Positions 61,161 through 64,000 of a stretch of 64,000 nt of DNA are shown here, piece after piece. The DNA is from Macrostomum lignano (Eukaryota): NCBI GenBank assembly GCA_002269645.1, contig NIVC01002320.1, positions 120,354-184,353 on the forward strand. The letters run 5' to 3'. Position 1 is the first letter of the stretch. Each line of letters starts with the position of its first letter. A program made the position numbers and the translations under genes. A model generated the notes under the pieces. It had not been told where the DNA came from. It was given only the letters and a program-made list of their open reading frames with translations, and ran no database searches.

Positions 61161-63401
61161 ATGGCATCGGAGTTCGCGCATCGGCCCACCCAGCAGGAGC
61201 GCGAGTTCGTCCCGCCGAGGCGTAACTTCCCGCCGAAGTCCGGCTTCACGCCGCGGCCGGTCGAGCGGCAGGCCGACTTTCGCAAGCCCGCGACCTCGCT
61301 CAGCATGGAGTGCGAGCATCGGAAGCGCATAGAAGAGGACGTGCCCTACACCTACTTCCCCTCCGTGGCCGCCCGGCTGTGGACGGAATCCAGCAAGTTT
61401 CCGCCGCCGTTTCCCGACCGGCCGGACGACAACTACAGCTTCAATGTGTGGCGAAACTTCAAGACGGCCTTCGGACTGCAGATTCCACCCAACCGGCCGG
61501 AACCGGAGCAGCACGAGCTACTAGCTGCCTGCTATCCCGTCAATGTGCCTAAGCCGAGCCACATGAACGAGCACACCTTTGCCAGGTGGGGGCAATCTCT
61601 TCTGATGTTTGCTTACTTTCTGATGTACATTGCAGACGAATAGTTGGATTTCCAACAAAGCTTGAATTTCTCTTGTCTCAGTGACGTGGGAGCTCTTCTT
61701 TTGTTCTCTGGCGGCCAGGTATCTGTAGAGCGGGCCACTAAGTGTCCGGTTATCAGTTGCAACTGTTTGTCGCTAGTGAATCACCCAAACAGTGCTCGCC
61801 AGGGAGGCCGTAGCCTTGTGGTCTAGCGCGGCGATCTCGTGTAAGAGACCAGCGGCCCAGGCTCGATTCCAAGTGCAGTCACACTGGTGTGGGTCTGCTC
61901 GTGCAATTAACGGCATTGAGGGTCAAACTCAAAGGCACAGTGAAGTGTACATGCCTAAATTCTGTATATGTATGTGAATCTTCGATCTTCTACAAGCTTT
62001 GCTGGGTGTCTCCGTGGCAATCAGCTTTGCTGGGTGTCTCCATGGCAATCAGCTTTGCTGGGTGTCTCCATGGCGATCAACTTTTTTGGGTGTCTCCATG
62101 GCAATCAGCTTTGCTGGTGTCTCCATGGCAATCAGCTTTGCTGGGTGTCTCCATGGCAATCAGCTTTGCTGGGTGTCTCCATGGCGATCAACTTTTTTGG
62201 GTGTCTCCATGGCAATCAGCTTTGCTGGGTGTCTCCATGGCGATCAACTTTTTTGGGTGTCTCCATGGCAATCAGCTTTGCTGGGTGTCTCCATGGCAAT
62301 CAGCTTTGCTGGGTGTCTCCATGGCGATCAACTTTTTTGGGTGTCTCCATGGCAGTCAGCTTTGCTGGGTGTCTCCATGGCAATCAGCTTTGCTGGGTGT
62401 CTCCATGGCAATCAGCTTTGCTGGGTGTCTCCATGGCAATAAGCTTTGCTGGGTGTCTCCATGGCAATCAGCTTTGCTGGGTGTCTCCATGGCAATCAGC
62501 TTTGCTGGGTGTCTCCATGGCAATAAGCTTTTGCTGGGTGTCTCCATGGCAATCAGCTTTGCTGGTGTCTCCATGGCAATAAGCTTTGCTGGGTGTCTCC
62601 ATGGCAATCAACTTTTCCGGGTGTCTCCATGGCAATCAGCTTTTCTGGGTGTCTCCATGGCAATCAGCTTTTCTGGGTGTCTCCATGGCAATCAGCTTTG
62701 CTGGGTGTCTCCATGGCAATCAGCTTTGCTGGTGTCTCCATGGCAATCAGCTTTGCTGGGTGTCTCCATGGCAATCAGCTTGCGCGCTGAAATACTCAGA
62801 ATACTCAGCTTATGCTACTTCCCAGTAGTATGTCCTGTATGTTCCGTACGTCAGCACGCTCTCAATTGATGTATCTAGCATTCATTCGAAGTTATCCACA
62901 ACCTAAAAAACCAACCACGCAGATACGTGGAGACGTCCAACCTGTTCAAGACGAGACCAAGCGCCGCATTGTGATCCGGCAGCTGCGCGAAGAGGACAGG
63001 CAGCACAAGCGGCTGGCCCAGCTGGCGGCCGCTCGCGACCCTCGCTGGACGCGCGCGGGTCCATCCTGCCGCCAGAAGGCTACAAGCGCTACGCCCGCTG
63101 ATGCTGACGCCAGGCCTGGCCGGGGAGTCGGCAGACCAGGCGGCCGCCTCGGCAGCTGCCGGCCCGCTGGCGCGTTCGCTGGCCGACGACGTTCAGGTGG
63201 ACATGTTCGGCAACATTGTACGCCGGCGCAGACGGCCCGCCTGTGGAAGCTGAGCTACCGCAGTACCAACCCGAAGTATCAGGAGGCCATGCGCTATTCA
63301 ACGCAGGTGAGGGAGGGCCGCCACTGGAGCGGTTCCCGACGCTGCTGCCGCACCTGCGGCGCGCTGATAACGCAGATTTTTTTCACAACTGTCAATATTG
63401 A
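61161..63401 (+). CDS. TEX52: TEX52-like protein, 2 exons; exon 2 disrupted by single-base frameshifts (assembly error or pseudogene)
   Basis: Exon 1 61161-61585: FPPPFPDRPDDNYSFNVWRNF...YPVNVPKPSHMNEHTFAR. Exon 2 from 62923, after frame correction: YVETSNLFKDETKRRIVI...RDPPLDARGSILPPEGYKRY...LWKLSY. Recalled similarity to TEX52 (PDRPYDSNVWRW, PPLDAQGNIQPP). The 3-prime end is uncertain. Confidence 0.72.
61803..61962 (+). mobile_element. 3-prime-truncated copy of SINE family 1 in the TEX52 intron
   Basis: ggaggccgtagccttgtgg...ggctcgattccaagtgcagtcac...ctgctcgtgcaatta...aaggcacagtgaagtgtacatg matches the 5596-5965 element. Confidence 0.75.
61995..62781. repeat. 28-bp minisatellite, ~28 copies, TEX52 intron
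   Basis: Unit agctttgctgggtgtctccatggcaatc. Confidence 0.97.
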
Positions 63402-63607
63402 AGAAACGATTGTAAAAACAGATGATATAATTTTTAAAAATAAAAATAATATTTAGTGAAAAATGAGTCGCTGTTGCTCCAACATTGAGAGTCCGCAACA
63501 ACGCCTCAGTGTAGTTTATTTTCAAACGTTTTGACTGCATAAATTGCCGGAAAAGTTAAGGCGGCTCGATACTACTGTCAGTAAGTAGTTAAATAGCGAA
63601 TTGGGAA

Positions 63608-63899
63608 TTTTTATTAAGTTATGGTACTTACGGGCAGATTTGCAATCGACGACTCAGCCGCAGCTTTTGCGAGGCCATATGAAGGTGCGTACGGTCTGTT
63701 CAGTCCAAGGACTGGGGGTCGCACACGCACCTCAATTACCCCAGCTAATGCTGGCACCTATTTTACAGCTGGGTGAACTGAAGCAATGCAGAGTTAAGTG
63801 TCTTGCTCAAGGACACAAATTGTTCCAGTGGGATCGCGAATCGAGCCCCCGACCTTCAAGTCGTGAGTCCGACGCTCTAGCCACTAGAATGCAACCCCC
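63608..63899 (-). mobile_element. Second copy of the CORE-like SINE (family 2)
   Basis: Highly similar to 51255-51515 over ~250 bp (ccagctaatgctggca...ttttacagctgggtgaactgaagcaatgcagagttaagtgtcttgctcaag). Confidence 0.8.
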
Positions 63900-64000
63900 T
63901 CAGATGTAGAATGGTAAGATTGGTAAGATGGTACTAAGTAATAGGCTAATACGAGAGTAAGTAGCTAACTACGCTCTCTACTTTTTGATGTACTCAGGTA

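Overview
Eukaryotic (animal) genomic DNA with GC-rich exons, AT-rich GT-AG introns and very dense minisatellites. The style and gene content suggest a free-living flatworm such as Macrostomum (inference only). Five spliced genes could be assembled by hand with consistent intron phases: (1) a ~1940-aa secreted modular protein on the minus strand (signal peptide, >=11 antistasin-like Cys modules, GSASTA repeats, VWA, coiled coil, two copies of an unnamed domain; one -1 frameshift); (2) an ankyrin-repeat/SOCS-box protein; (3) FAM184A-like; (4) a DEG/ENaC channel with non-canonical HG and GxS motifs; (5) TEX52-like, whose exon 2 carries 4-5 single-base frameshifts. The rest is mostly repeats: ~15 unrelated minisatellite arrays (many filling introns almost to the splice sites), a 2.1-kb foldback-type inverted-repeat element, two tRNA-derived SINE families (one CORE-like), a MITE, an internally inverted Gypsy remnant and a possible Penelope fragment. 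The most striking non-genic signal is a pair of 19-bp and 37-bp CAAGGAC...GTCCTTG mini-elements, each flanked by a perfect 8-bp direct repeat, plus four solo copies of the same terminus. These look like P-superfamily excision footprints or ultra-minimal transposons. Most long ORFs in the supplied track are artefacts of stop-free tandem repeats.
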